NCBI GenBank assembly: GCA_021206555.1
Contig: JAJOKA010000227.1
Coordinates: forward strand, 1 to 57,127
Direction of reading: 5' to 3'
DNA: 57,127 nt
Source of the DNA: Candidatus Cloacimonadota bacterium
GTDB lineage: Bacteria > Cloacimonadota > Cloacimonadia > Cloacimonadales > Cloacimonadaceae
Shown here: in pieces, positions 41,302-53,181 of the stretch
How positions within the stretch are numbered: the stretch's first letter is position 1
How the letters are laid out: the number at the start of each line of letters is the position of its first letter
Notes under the pieces: generated by a model
What the model was told of the DNA's origin: nothing
Seen by the model: only the letters and a program-made list of their open reading frames with translations
Database searches by the model: none
Made by a program: the position numbers and the translations under genes

Positions 41302-43463
41302 TGCGCGGTGGCGGTGGAGGCCGTGGCGGAGCTTTTCAGACCGATGATCTGAAAGGAAAGATCTATGATCGCCGGCTTTACGGCAAGATGTATCACTATC
41401 TGAAACCCTATATGAAATGGGTGATTCTCTCCTTCTTCATCCTAATGATGGTGACCGGCGCGGAGCTGGTGTTACCCCTCATCCAAAGATCTGCCATTGA
41501 TGACTATATCGTGTCTGACAAAGCGATAGCCATCTTTGCCGATGGTCCCGAGTATGACAGTTTTATCCGCAAATATGACTTCTTGAAGCTCAAGGAATAT
41601 CACAGCGATGGCGTGCATTTTGTGATAATCTCCTCCAGAGATCGCAACAGGATGGATAAGCCTCATCTTGACACTCTGGAACAGCAAGGCATTATCAGCC
41701 CTCAAACTGTGTTTTTGGTCAAAGACACTGACGAGAACTTTGCCATTCTGGAACAGCATCTCAGCTTTGATCCCAATCCTGAAGATGGCATCATGGAACT
41801 AGCCGGATTCTTCCGCGTTGGCAGTGGATACCTCGCTGTATCCAGAGAGCAAATGCAAAAATTGCCCCGTTTGGAGCGCCTCAATGTGCGCAAAGACGCT
41901 TCCCGCTCACTGATGATGCTGGCTCTGATCTTTTTGGGCATCATCAGCGTGAGATTGGTGGCATCCTATCTGCAATCCGTGATTACGGCCACATTCTCGC
42001 AACGCGCAATGAACGACCTGCGTCACGATGTCTTTGAACACCTGCAAAAAAATGCCCACCAAATACTTCGATCAAAACCCCGTGGGCAGGCTCGTAACGC
42101 GCGTGACAAACGATATCCGCGCCATCGACGAGATGCTGGCTTCAGGTGTAATCACCATCGTGCAGGACGTAATCCTGGTGGTCGCCATCGTCACTCTGAT
42201 GCTGATCCTGAATTGGCAACTGGCTCTGATCAGCATGGCCATCCTACCGATCGTGATTTGGGTGATAGCCATCTATCGCAGCAAAACCAGAGTGATCTAT
42301 CGCGAAGTGCGCAAACACCTGGCTCAGCTCAATGCCACTTTGGCTGAACACATTGCCGGACAAAAGATTATCCAGCTCTTCAATCAATACAGTCACAAGC
42401 GGGATGAATTCTCAGACATCAATCACCACTACTTCCTCACTTCGATGAAGCAGCTCAGGCTCTTTGCCTTTTTCCGTCCCATCATCCACGTATCTTCCCA
42501 GGTGGCAGTGGCCATGATCATCTGGTATGGAGGTGGACAGATCCTGCGCAATGTGATCACCATCGGCCTGCTCATGGCCTTCACGCAATACGTGCACAAG
42601 CTCTTTGAACCGATCAACGACTTCAGTGAGAAGTTCAACGTGCTGCAAGGTGCTTTGGCCGGTGCTGAACGCATCTTTGACCTGATGGACCAGACCCCGG
42701 ATGACTATCGTGAGGAACTAGCTACCAAGGTCAAGTTTGAAGGCGAGATCGAGTTTGAGAACCTCTGGCTGGCCTACAACAACGAAGAGTGGGTGCTCAA
42801 GGATGTGAGCTTCAAGGTGCGTCCCGGCGAGAAGATCGCTTTGGTGGGTCATACCGGAAGCGGCAAGACATCCATCGTCAATCTCATCCTGGGTATGTAT
42901 CCCTATCAAAAGGGCAAGATCCGCATCGATGGCAAACTCCTGCAAAACTACGCTTTATCTGATATTCGCTCAAACGTTGGCATCGTACAGCAGGACGTAT
43001 TCATCTTCAGCGGTGATATTCATGAAAACATTGCGTTGAACAACAGCAAGCTCAGCCGTGAAGAGGTCAAACAGGTTGCCACCTACGTGAATGCCGACAA
43101 GTTTATCCAAAACCTGCCGCATAAATATGACGAACCGGTAATGGAGCGTGGGGCAACCCTTTCCACCGGACAGCGGCAACTGATCGCTTTTGCCAGAGTA
43201 TTGGCATATGATCCATCTATCTTCATCCTGGATGAAGCCACCAGCAACATCGATACCGAGACTGAGATCCTGATCCAGGACGCGCTGGAAAAGATCATCA
43301 AGGATCGCACCTCATCATCATCGCCCACCGGCTTTCCACCATCCAGCATGTGGATCGCATCCTGGTGCTGCATAAAGGTAAGATCGTGGAAGAAGGATCG
43401 CATTTTGACCTGTTGGACAAGAAGGGGTTGTATTATGATCTCTATCGATTGCAATACACTTGA
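41298..43463 (+). CDS. ABC exporter, fused permease/ATPase, subunit 2 (about 2 frameshifts), with a ~150 aa insert between TM1 and TM2
   Basis: ORFs 41298..42347 and 42028..43518. They join as ..[20 protein letters not shown].. if the A7 run 42046..42052 is read as A6. Walker [10 protein letters not shown], signature LSTGQRQL, Walker [12 protein letters not shown]. The tail reads ..[34 protein letters not shown] stop at 43461..43463 in another frame. Confidence 0.8.
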
Positions 43464-43589
43464 GCCAGAGATGTCCAAAAATAGATTGACAAAAAATTGG
43501 AAGCAGTTTTGCATGTAAACTGATAGATAGATGATTAGAAGCTTTAAGCTCTATATACAGAACATAAACCGTGATCTATAGGAGGATCA

Positions 43590-46380
43590 ATGAAGAAACA
43601 TTGGCTTGTTATATTGGCCGTAATGCTGATCACTTCGGCTTTTGCCTATGAAGTGGTAGCATATCATGAAGACTTTGAATCCGGCGCTGATGGCTGGACT
43701 CATTACGACGGTGCCGAGAGCCCGAATAATTGGCATATTTATGACAATGGCGACGCTCAGGGCAACGTATGGTGGATGGGTGATCCCGCTCTCGCGTCAG
43801 GAGCAAACATTGGTGGTTATTACAATCGCCAATATCTTGTGTTGGACACTCCTGCCCAAACCCTTACCGCAGCAAACGCGAATCTTACTTTCAAAATGAG
43901 ACTCGGCCTGGAAGATCCGGCTGGAGCAACAGCTCCCTGGGATGGTTGGGATTCTGCCAACGTGCGTATCTCCACCGATGGTGGAACTACCTGGAATGTG
44001 ATCACGGAACCCCCGCTTATCACTTCAATTCGTCTTACGCTTTTGGCAGTGAACATGGTGAAGGCGAGAACATCGCTGCCTGGGGTGGCATGTTGACCAC
44101 CTGGACTACTGCTACTTTCAACCTCTCCGCCTATGTGGGCCAAAGCGTGAAAATCCGCTTCGCCTTCGCTTCAGATCCTGCTTACAGTACCTCTGACCAG
44201 GCCGATATGTTTGGTTTCATGGTTGACGACATCTCCTTTGGTGGCTATACCAACAATGGTGTGGACGATGGCCAAATGACCTGGACCAGCATGGTTCCTC
44301 TGGGTGGAGACCTTTGGCACATAGCCACTAGCGCCACAGCTCCGTCACCCACACATGTCATGAGAAATCAAAACGCTTCGGGCAGCTACAACCCCAATAT
44401 GCTGAACTACCTGGTAAGCCCTCCCATCACTCTGCCTTCCAGCGGTGATATCTGGGCTGATTTCATGATCATGGGTGATTTCTCGGACAACAGCCCGCAA
44501 ACAAACCTGGCCGATCTGGATTACTGGGGCTGGGAAATCTCTCCCGATAACGGCATGACCTGGTATGCTATGAGCAATCCCTATGGCCTTGCTACCGGAA
44601 ATAATTATGTTTATATTGATGCGCCGGACGTGTGGGCATCAGCGATTGAAAGCTATTCTTTAGATGGATTCATCTCAGACTATGCCGGCGAAACAGTGAT
44701 CTTCCGTTGGTATTTCAAATCCGATAGTGACGACCCCATCGGTACCGGAATCATGATCGACGATTTCAAGATTTACAATGACGTTATCGTGGCTGCTCCT
44801 GAAACCTCGTCGCTGAAGTTAGCGGCAACAATGTAACTCTCACCTGGGAAGCTCCCGGTGGCGGTGGTGGCGGTGGTGAAGAAGGCTGGCTGCAATATTG
44901 CGGTGAGCCGGATGGCAACTCCGTGGGCACCGGTGCCGCAGCAGACTTTGATGTGGCTGCCAAATGGAGTGCCATGGGTGACACCAATAGCATCTATCCC
45001 TATGTGGGCATGAACATCACCAAAATCCAGTTTGTTCCTTCCGAAGCCAATTGCCAATATGCCGTCCGCGTCTGGACCGGTGCTGCGGCAACCATGGTTG
45101 TGGATCAAGTCGTCAGCAATCCTGTGCTGAACCAATGGAATGAAATCGTGTTGGATACTCCCTTCACCATTCCAGCTGGAACCCAGATCATGGCCGGATA
45201 TCGTGCCAATACTCAAGCCGGATATCCTGCCGGCACCGATGCTGGTCCTGCCATTGACGGCTTTGGCAACATGATGCGTTTCCAAGGCTCCTGGACCACT
45301 TTGCTGGCCCTTGCCGCCACTTTAAACTACAACTGGGCCATCAAGGTCTATGTAGCCGATGCTGATGGCCGTGAATATGTGCTTGGCGAACTGCCTCAGA
45401 ACGATCAGTTTGCCTCCGGCAGCCTTGCTGCCCACACCGTTCGCACCAATCGTGCCTCCGGATACAGAGTGTATCGCAATGGCGTTATGATCGACCAGGT
45501 TGCCGGCGATGTGCTCACCTATACAGATATGAACGTGGAAGGCGGAGTGCATACCTATTATGTGACCGCTATGTATGATGCCAACGAATCCCCCGCGTCA
45601 AACTCTACCACGGTATTCGTGATTCCTGCCCTTCATGGTGAATCTTATTATGATGACGGCTCTGCCGAGATGGGTCTCAGCGTAGGCTCTTCCCGCCAGA
45701 TGGCTGTTTATCATAACTTCTATAACGATTCCGTAACCCTGAAGTATGCCAAAGTATTTGTCCACACTCCTTCCACTGCCAGCATCATCGTCCGCGTCTA
45801 TGATAACGACGGAGAAGGTGGCTTGCCCAACACCATGATCACCCAGGTGCAGTATCCTGCTGCCAACGTGATCCCGGGCTGGAACTACATCCCCTTCACC
45901 TCTGAAGTGATCATCCCCAGTGGCAGATTCTATCTGGCCATCATGGAAACTCCGAATGCTTCACAGATCGGTGTGGATACTTCCAATAACGGTCACAGCT
46001 ACACCAATATGGGTAGCGGTTGGGCTGCTTACACCGAAGGCGAGATCATGATTCGCGCCATCGTCTATACCGGAAGCTCCAATGAGAACGAGCTCAACCC
46101 CGCTCTCACCCTGGCTGCCGGAAACTATCCCAACCCGTTCAACCCCACCACCACCATTTCCTACAGTGTACCCACCAGCGGCATGACCTCAGTAAAGGTC
46201 TTCAACCTCAAAGGTCAGGTGATCAATACTCTGGTTAACAAAGAATTGGCCGGCGGAAACCACAGCGTAGTCTGGAATGGCACCGATATGAACGGCAGAG
46301 CCGTATCCAGCGGTATCTATTTCGTGCGCGTGGAAAATGACGGTAAAGCAGTAACCAGGAAAATGCTGCTCTCCAAATAA
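43590..46380 (+). CDS. Large surface protein (MAM / choice-of-anchor-like N-terminal domain) with a T9SS C-terminal sorting domain (about 2 frameshifts)
   Basis: ORFs 43590..44096, 43946..44836 and 44923..46380. Signal peptide MKKHWLVILAVMLITSAFA. YHEDFESGADGWTHYDG.. domain. Poly-G linker APGGGGGGGEEGW. C-terminus YPNPFNPTTTISYSVPTSGMTSVKVFNLKGQVINTL..WNGTDMNGRAVSSGIYFVRV. Confidence 0.65.
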
Positions 46381-46404
46381 ATAAACCTCACCATTAAACA
46401 TAAC

Positions 46405-46433
46405 AGGAGCCCTGCTTGCGGGGCTCCTTTTTT
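46405..46433 (+). terminator. Rho-independent terminator
   Basis: AGGAGCCC-tgcttgcg-GGGCTCCT followed by TTTTTT, about 25 nt after the stop at 46380. Confidence 0.85.
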
Positions 46434-47115
46434 ATATCCGTACGTTTGCATGAAGGATTGAGTGCATGTGTACAGCCTGAGCCCTGGAAGGGCGACAGAC
46501 CATAGCGAGGGGTGTGAACCCCTTGTTACGCAGTTCAAAGATGTGGTTCAGCCCCGGAGGGACGACAGGGATTCATTGATTCGTTATGGGTATGGGGGCG
46601 GGGTTTTGTGTCGCCCATGAAGGGCTAAATGGTATATTAATGACTTGTTACGAGGGGTTTCGCTTCGCTCCACACCCTCGCTATGCTCTGTCGCCCTCCG
46701 GGCTATTGGTAGCTAAGATTTCATAAGATCCGTAGTCTTTCCTCGTAGCATCGGAATAGTGCGTTACGTTGTTGCGCTTGTCAGGAGAGCAGATAGGGCG
46801 CTGGATTGTTCGCCTCAGACTTAGCCTATGCTTAGCCCATAATCACTTCATGCTACGAGGAGATCATGGGGTAATGCAGGAGTAACGATGACCTCAGGCA
46901 GCGAGTTCACCTCAAGGCCAGAGGATTCGATGCGTCTGTTCCACCCCAAACTTCGCTTCGCTCCGCCTTGGGGACCCGGGCGGTGTCAAAACGGAACGGA
47001 GTTTCGTAAAAGTAAGCAGCTGCGCTGCTTGTGCAGACGAGACGTCTGCAATCCTAGCGCTCTACCCTTTCATCTTAGGTATTCAAAGACGACCTTTGAT
47101 TAATTCCCGCTTGGT
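46434..47115. repeat. 680-nt convergent intergenic region packed with REP-like hairpin modules
   Basis: GCCC-N4/5-GGGCGACA modules at 46481..46498 and 46551..46568 (+) and at 46607..46625 and 46688..46703 (-). CATAGCGAGG modules at 46501..46525 (+) and 46651..46685 (-). GGAGCGAAGCGAA-loop hairpin at 46944..46973. Family-H hairpin at 46832..46874. Twin 7-bp hairpins at 47014..47049. Confidence 0.7.
47014..47049 (-). terminator. Twin 7-bp hairpins; possible terminator of the cls-addBA operon
   Basis: On the minus strand, GCAGACG-tct-CGTCTGC, then AAGCAGC-gca-GCTGCTT followed by ACTTTTAC. It lies about 70 nt past the stop at 47116. The U-tract is weak. Confidence 0.35.
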
Positions 47116-50100
47116 CTATATCCGAATGTTCACATACTGGCCGCTGAAGCTATAGCCACTGAAGGCAGGGAGCTTCTTTAGGGCAGCAATATACTTATCT
47201 ATCTGATCTTCTTCATGGATGCCACCGGTCTTGTAATCAATGACCAGGGCTTCTTTGGCTTGGGTATTCACCATCAGACGGTCGATCCGCAGTCGGTTGA
47301 CGGGCAATTCCGTGTAGACTTTGTCATAGACCGGCGCGAAGAGGAAGCTGTGTTTGCGCAGCTCTTGCTTAACGCTCTCAAAGACATCCCTGAGCACTCT
47401 TTCTGAGAGCAGCGAGCCGTAATGGCTGAGGCACTGCAAGGCCGCGTAGCTGTGTTCGTCATCGGTGTCCCGACGGATGAAGCTGAGATAGTAATGCGCG
47501 AGCTCGCCATACAGATGCTGGCGCTTGTCCAGATAGACCGCTTTCCAATCGCGCACGGCGTTGTCTTTCAAGGTCTTAGTAGCATCCCAATTGAGCCCTG
47601 CGCGCGGGGCAGGCTGCCAATCTCCAAGCTCAGCTTCAGCTTCTCTTTGGCTGGTTTGGGGCTTTTTTCTTTGGTTTCTGGATAGCAAGTCTTGAAGCAC
47701 AGAATCCCTCTCTGATCCGGGATTACTCCATCAAAGAACTCTTTGCAGGTATTGGCCAGAATCACGGGTAATCTCAGACTATCTTCATCTTTGTCAGCAT
47801 AGTATTCATCCCAGGTTTTCTGACCCCGATAGGAGAAATATACATGCAGCGCGGTTTTCGCTCTGGTAAAGGCGACATACAGCGCGTTGAGCTCTTCCAA
47901 AAGGCTTTGCCGGCGTTTCTGTTCCCATAAATCTTTGGCGCTGGAATGCCTTAGTACGTCTTCATAGTGATAGCTGAGCGCGTAGGCATCGATATCCTGA
48001 AATCCGGGGATGCTTTGCCCTGTGCTATCACCCTTGCCCACATCGGTGTAACGATAGCTGGAATACAGCTTCTTTTCGTTGTTTCTGCCACTATCGGAGA
48101 GATCGTAAAATACGAAGACGCGGTCAAACTGCAAGCCTTTGGATTTGTGGATGGTGAGTAGCTGCAAGTGATCCTCACCCTCCACGGATACCATCTGGAA
48201 GCTTTCCTGCTTGCTGTTGTCTTCGATGAAAATCCAAGAGACTCTGCCGCTTTCGCGCTGAGATGCCTGATTGATCTCCCAATCCCGTACCAGCGACAAA
48301 AAATGCTTGAAGATTCAATTGATCGCGTTTGCTCTTGGATATCTCATCAGTCAGAAGTATGCTCATCAGCTCACGCAGGCTTTGATAGGGAGTTTGATCC
48401 GTATGCCTTATTGCCAGATCATACCACTGCTTAAGAAAATCCGCAGTGCCAAAATCCGGGATGTAGCTATCAGCCATATCTTCCGGCACGCTGATGATAA
48501 GAGAGATGGCATCCACAGCCTGTTTGAGGGCAGTGCTGCTGAGCAGCAAATAGTCACTGCGCAAGAAACAGAGCAGGCTATACCAATCCCGATAGACTAC
48601 AAACTTCATCCAGGAAATCAAGGGTGAGACCAGATGATGCTCCACAATCGAGGCCGAAGGCTGGAATACACCGGTGATCCCCTTTTCTTCCAGCATGATC
48701 TGGAGATCGCTCAATTGCCTGCCCTTGCGGCAAAGAATGGCCACTTTCTGATCTTCGTCCTCTCTCAGGGCAGGCAGCACCATTTTATCGATAAAGTCTT
48801 CATACACAGCGTCTTTGTCATCCAATTCGCCTCGGCTGGAGTAGGGGCTGAATTTGAGCTCGATGATGCTGGAATGATCACCAATGGCGGAACGCACCTG
48901 AGGGTAATCCCACTGCATGTTATTGTCCCGCAGATAGCTGTGGATGGAAGGATTCAGGAAAATGGCATTGATGAACTTCATCATATCCGTGGATGAGCGC
49001 CAGGAATCGGCCAGGACATCGCTTTTGGCATTGGCCAGGCTGCCGATGATGTGTTTCAGATTGAGCAGGAGATCCCGCTCTCCCCCACGCCAGCCAAAGA
49101 TGGATTGCTTCTCATCTCCCACCACGATCACCCCACCCAGATCCTTGGAGCCATAGCCGGCACAGATCTCTTCGATGATTGGACGCAGGATGTTAAACTG
49201 GATCAGCGAGGTATCCTGAAACTCGTCGATCAACATGAAGCGGGTGCGATGGCTGAGAAAATGGTAAAACTCCGTAGCGGTGTTTTCCACCGAGGAGATC
49301 AAAGGCCGGAGGCTCCTGAGAGAACAGGCTTCGAAGGTAAACCAGCTGATATCGTCATAGGTCATGTTTTTGTAGCGATAGATCAGACGGTCGTATTCCT
49401 CCAATATGATGCCCCAGAGCTCCAGAATCTCTTGTTGTTCCGGCAAAAAAAGAGTGAAGTAAAGGTGATCGGCCAGGGCTCGGGTTACCAAATCCTGAGT
49501 TTGATTCAGCTGCGCTTTGAGCTCTGCTTTACGGATCCGTGTGCCACTGTAGATGTTCTTTTTGGCCAATACCTTCAGCATTGCGTGAGCTTGTTGAGGA
49601 TCGGAGAGCAGTTTATCGATATGATCCAGAGCTTCCTGCGGAGTAGCAAATTCACTTTGCAAAGCATTACGAAAATCAGAATTGAAATAGTCCATGAACT
49701 CCGCTCCGGCTTTGATCAGTCCGAAGACTTCGTTGAGCAAAGTCTCAATGCTGTCCCAGAAGATGCGCAGCTCCGCTCCCGAAGTTACATCATAGACGTT
49801 TTGCGGCAGCGATAACGGATCACATAGTAGAGCCAGCGAGAATTGATCAGATTGCTAAAGAAGCCGGCGTAATCATCCAAACTACGTTCCACCTTGCGTT
49901 GCAGCAGTTTATCGATGCGCACGCGAATCTGGGGCTGCATCAGGTGTTTGAGCAGAAAGGGCATGCGCTTTTCGATTGCTCCCAGATCGATGTCATAGCG
50001 ATCAATGCTTCTCAAAGGGCGCACGATATTGCGGAAGATGCTGCTGATGTAGCTGTCGATAGTCATCACCTGCAGCTTCCGTTTATCACAAAGGATTTCC

Positions 50101-50408
50101 TGTTTAGCCGAGATCAGCGCGCCTTCTTCTTTGACTTCAAGCCTGGCATGATCCCTGCCCAAAACCCGGCACAGATCAGCTAAGAGGCCTTCATCTTTAT
50201 GCTCGATCAAGCTGTCCAGATGTTCCAATATGCGATCGCGAATCTCGTAACTGGCCTTGCGGGTGAAGGTGAGCGCGAGGACTCCATCCAAAGAAAAAGA
50301 CTCGTATTCATAGTAACGCACGATCAGGGCAATGTATTCCAAAGAAAGACGATAGGTCTTCCCCGTGCCGGCACTGGCTGAGATGATCAGATTTTCAAAG
50401 CGTTTCAT
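47116..50408 (-). CDS. addA: UvrD/AddA-like helicase with a C-terminal PD-(D/E)XK nuclease (~1097 aa, at least 3 frameshifts)
   Basis: ORFs 49785..50450, 48175..49740, 47568..48299 and 47116..47700. Start MKRFENLIISASAGTGKTY (Walker A). FMLIDEFQDTS (motif II). VGDEKQSIFGWRGG. Late helicase motifs TIHKSKGLQFD and YVAFTRAK. Nuclease motif LVIDYKTG. Confidence 0.7.
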
Positions 50409-53171
50409 TGTGCACCCCCGGGAGATAGAGATCACTGCGACTGATATCACGCATTACAGAGCGATCCGTGCTCTTGGCGGCAAGCCGGTAACCATATTCA
50501 AAACAAGCAGTGAGAGCCTCCGAGATATTCTCCAGGTATTTTTTCCGTTTCTCGTCTTTTATCTTGATACTGTCATCAACCCGCATTTGCAGGATCAACC
50601 ATATCACCGACTTTAGTTGGGACTCAGTGGTGGGATCATCCAGAAGATAGTAGAGCCATTCATAGAAGATCAATTGCTCTGCCTTGGCCCGACCTGTCTT
50701 GAAGTCCACGATGTATTTGCTGTCGGCACTTTCGACGCGCAGATCGGCCTTACCGGTAATCCTGATGCGATACTCACTGCCGTCAATGTTCTGTTGGACA
50801 AGGATTTTGCCTTGTTTCTCAGCATCGGTCATGCGTTCATTTTCCGGGATCAAAGTGAAGGATGCGTCGCTCCAGTTTCGGCGCAGGAACCTCACATAAA
50901 ACTCCTTCAGAGAAAGGGGCCAGACAATCGCAGATGATGCTGTTCATATAGTCCGCGTTATAGTTCTTTGGCATTTTGTACCTGAATTGGGGGTGATTGA
51001 TTAGTTCCAAAAGAGCGGTTTTGAGCTTTTCCGGATCGGCAAAGACAAGGTCCAGCGATGCGGCATTATGGTGTTTACTGGCCTGATCTCCCAATACTTC
51101 AGCAAAATAGGCATGCAGCAAAGTGCCGAACAGCGTGGGCGAGATCACTTCCTTCCGAAGGATCCGGCGAGGAGATATCTTACGCAAACTGCTGATATAC
51201 CACACAAAGGGATTGTAGGCAAAGAGGCTGAGGTCATAGCTGCCGCACTTGATGCTGTGGTACTGCCAAAGTCCATGCCCGGATCGCAAGGCAGACGGAA
51301 GAATGCCGCGTCAATCGGGCTGTGATAACACTCAGAATCCACGCTCAGACCTGGCAGATCGGACTTTTGGGCTTGCCAGTTTTGCAGCACGCCCAGTTCA
51401 TCCACACGCAGAGCCTGAGGTTCCAGCCCGGTGAAGCTTTGCAACTCTCCGATGAAGCTGCTGTGATCTATCGCTTTTTCAGCATCAAGATAGCTAAAGA
51501 GCAACACTTCTTTCGCGCAAAACACTAAACGGAAGAAATAGTATCGTTCCCACTCCCGGATATCGTCGTAGGTCTTGAGTCCCAACACCTTGCGTTGATG
51601 CTCATTGAGCAGCCAGATCGGGTTTGGCGCAGTGGGCAACACTCCTTCTACCAGATTAAAAGTCACTACCCGCTGAAACACTCGATTGCGGGCATCCAGA
51701 AGGTTGCTGACCTCCCATTGAGGTTTACTCTCGAGATCTATGTCCCGCTTGAGCCGGATGCTTTTCAGGTAGTCCAGCCACAGCTCAAAGACTCCCAAAC
51801 AGGGATCTCAAAGAGCTCAGACCAGCTGGAGATCAAGCCCAAATCCTGAATGGCAGAAAAGTTCGCCATTGCCGACCAGACCTTGGGCAATAGGTCAGTG
51901 TTATCTCGCTCCATAGCAGTGGAATAGCGCTCCACAGCCAGGCTTGTGCTTAGCAGTTCTGCCAAATCCCCAATCCCGGTGATCCGCATAATGTCTTGCA
52001 GCACAGCGTTCAGGGACACGGCAAAGTGGAATAGTCGGCTTTCTTCATTATCAAATTGTCGCGCTGGATCGGTATCCAGATAGAGCAGTTCCTGGTTCTG
52101 CTGTTCATAGAGCTCTCGTTCAAAAGCCACGAAATCCTGCTCTGTCCACTCTGGACACAGAGGAATGAGCATTTGCGGATGCGCGAAGTACTTGATGATG
52201 ATCCTCAGCGGGATGTAGCCGGGACTATCCTGCAGGCTTTGCAAGATTTCCAGAAAGACGCGTTGGAAGCGATACCAATGAGTTTCACAGATGGGCAACT
52301 GCTCATTGACGAGCAGTTTGTTTGGATCAAAATACGCCGAATACGCCTTTTTGCCAAACTGGCTATCCAGGATCGCGCATTCGCCCACATCCATCGCGAT
52401 AAAGCTAAGTGCCTGTTGCTGTTCACTCTCGCAATCAAAGAGCCGGATCCGGGCTTTGCTCTTCAGGCCTTCCCAATTTGCGGCAGGATCAAAAAGCCCA
52501 GTTTCCCAATGCTCTTGATCTGCAGCCACCCCTTGATAGATGAGCAAGACTTCGTTTCCAGCCGCTTCGCATTGCCTGAGTAAGGCCTTTTCCAACTTAC
52601 TGTAATAAAACTGATTGACGCAGATGATCCGATATCCATTGAAAGGGATTTGGGCTGCATCCGAGCCCTCGTGAAAGATGCGATCAGAAAAACCGTGACT
52701 AGAGATAAAACTCCGGTAACGCAAGAGTATATCGCTGATGCGCCGGATGTTATCTTCCTGCCAAAGCCGGAGATTCAGATTCCTTTGCGCTGCCTGCTCC
52801 TGAAACTCCAAGACCGGGATCCCGGCATCGCAGAGTTCACTGCAAAACTGAAAGAGCTGCGTTCCCCACAACACAAGATCGGCATAGCCATTGAGATGAA
52901 AGTGTTCCTTGTCCTCTTCGCTCAGCACCTGATACAGACAGATCAAGCGTTTATCGTCCTCCAGAACAGGGGACGGCATACACAGCAAGAGATCCCGGAA
53001 ATCCTGCATACTGATCCAGAGCAGATCCTGCAAGGCCCAGTGTTCTTGATACTCCAGCCGTGCCGCGTCTGCTGAAGCGCGAGTGGGATAGATCATCACG
53101 CTTTTGTCGCTAATGGCCGAGAAGGCCGCTTGCGAAAGGCTTTCGGAAAAACTGATATTGACATGTTCCAT
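50395..53171 (-). CDS. addB: AddB-like PD-(D/E)XK nuclease partner (~925 aa, at least 3 frameshifts)
   Basis: ORFs 51765..53351 (true start MEHVNISF at 53171), 51145..51798, 50837..51289 and 50395..50895. C-terminal nuclease motif YIVDFKTGRAK. It overlaps the downstream helicase start by 14 nt. The addB-addA order matches Bacillus. Confidence 0.55.
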
Positions 53172-53181
53172 AGTTGCTCCT

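Noticed and set aside
46434-47115. Possibility that the long non-coding island encodes tmRNA, RNase P RNA, SRP RNA or 6S RNA, or the 71-aa ORF 46888..47103
   Set aside because: I could not find the diagnostic conserved blocks: no tRNA-like acceptor or GGUUCGA-type T arm, no RNase P GAGGAAAGUCC block, and no SRP GGAA/AGCA motif. The ORF has no RBS and is Arg/Cys/Pro-rich. The region is better explained by REP-like modules, although an Infernal scan is still needed.
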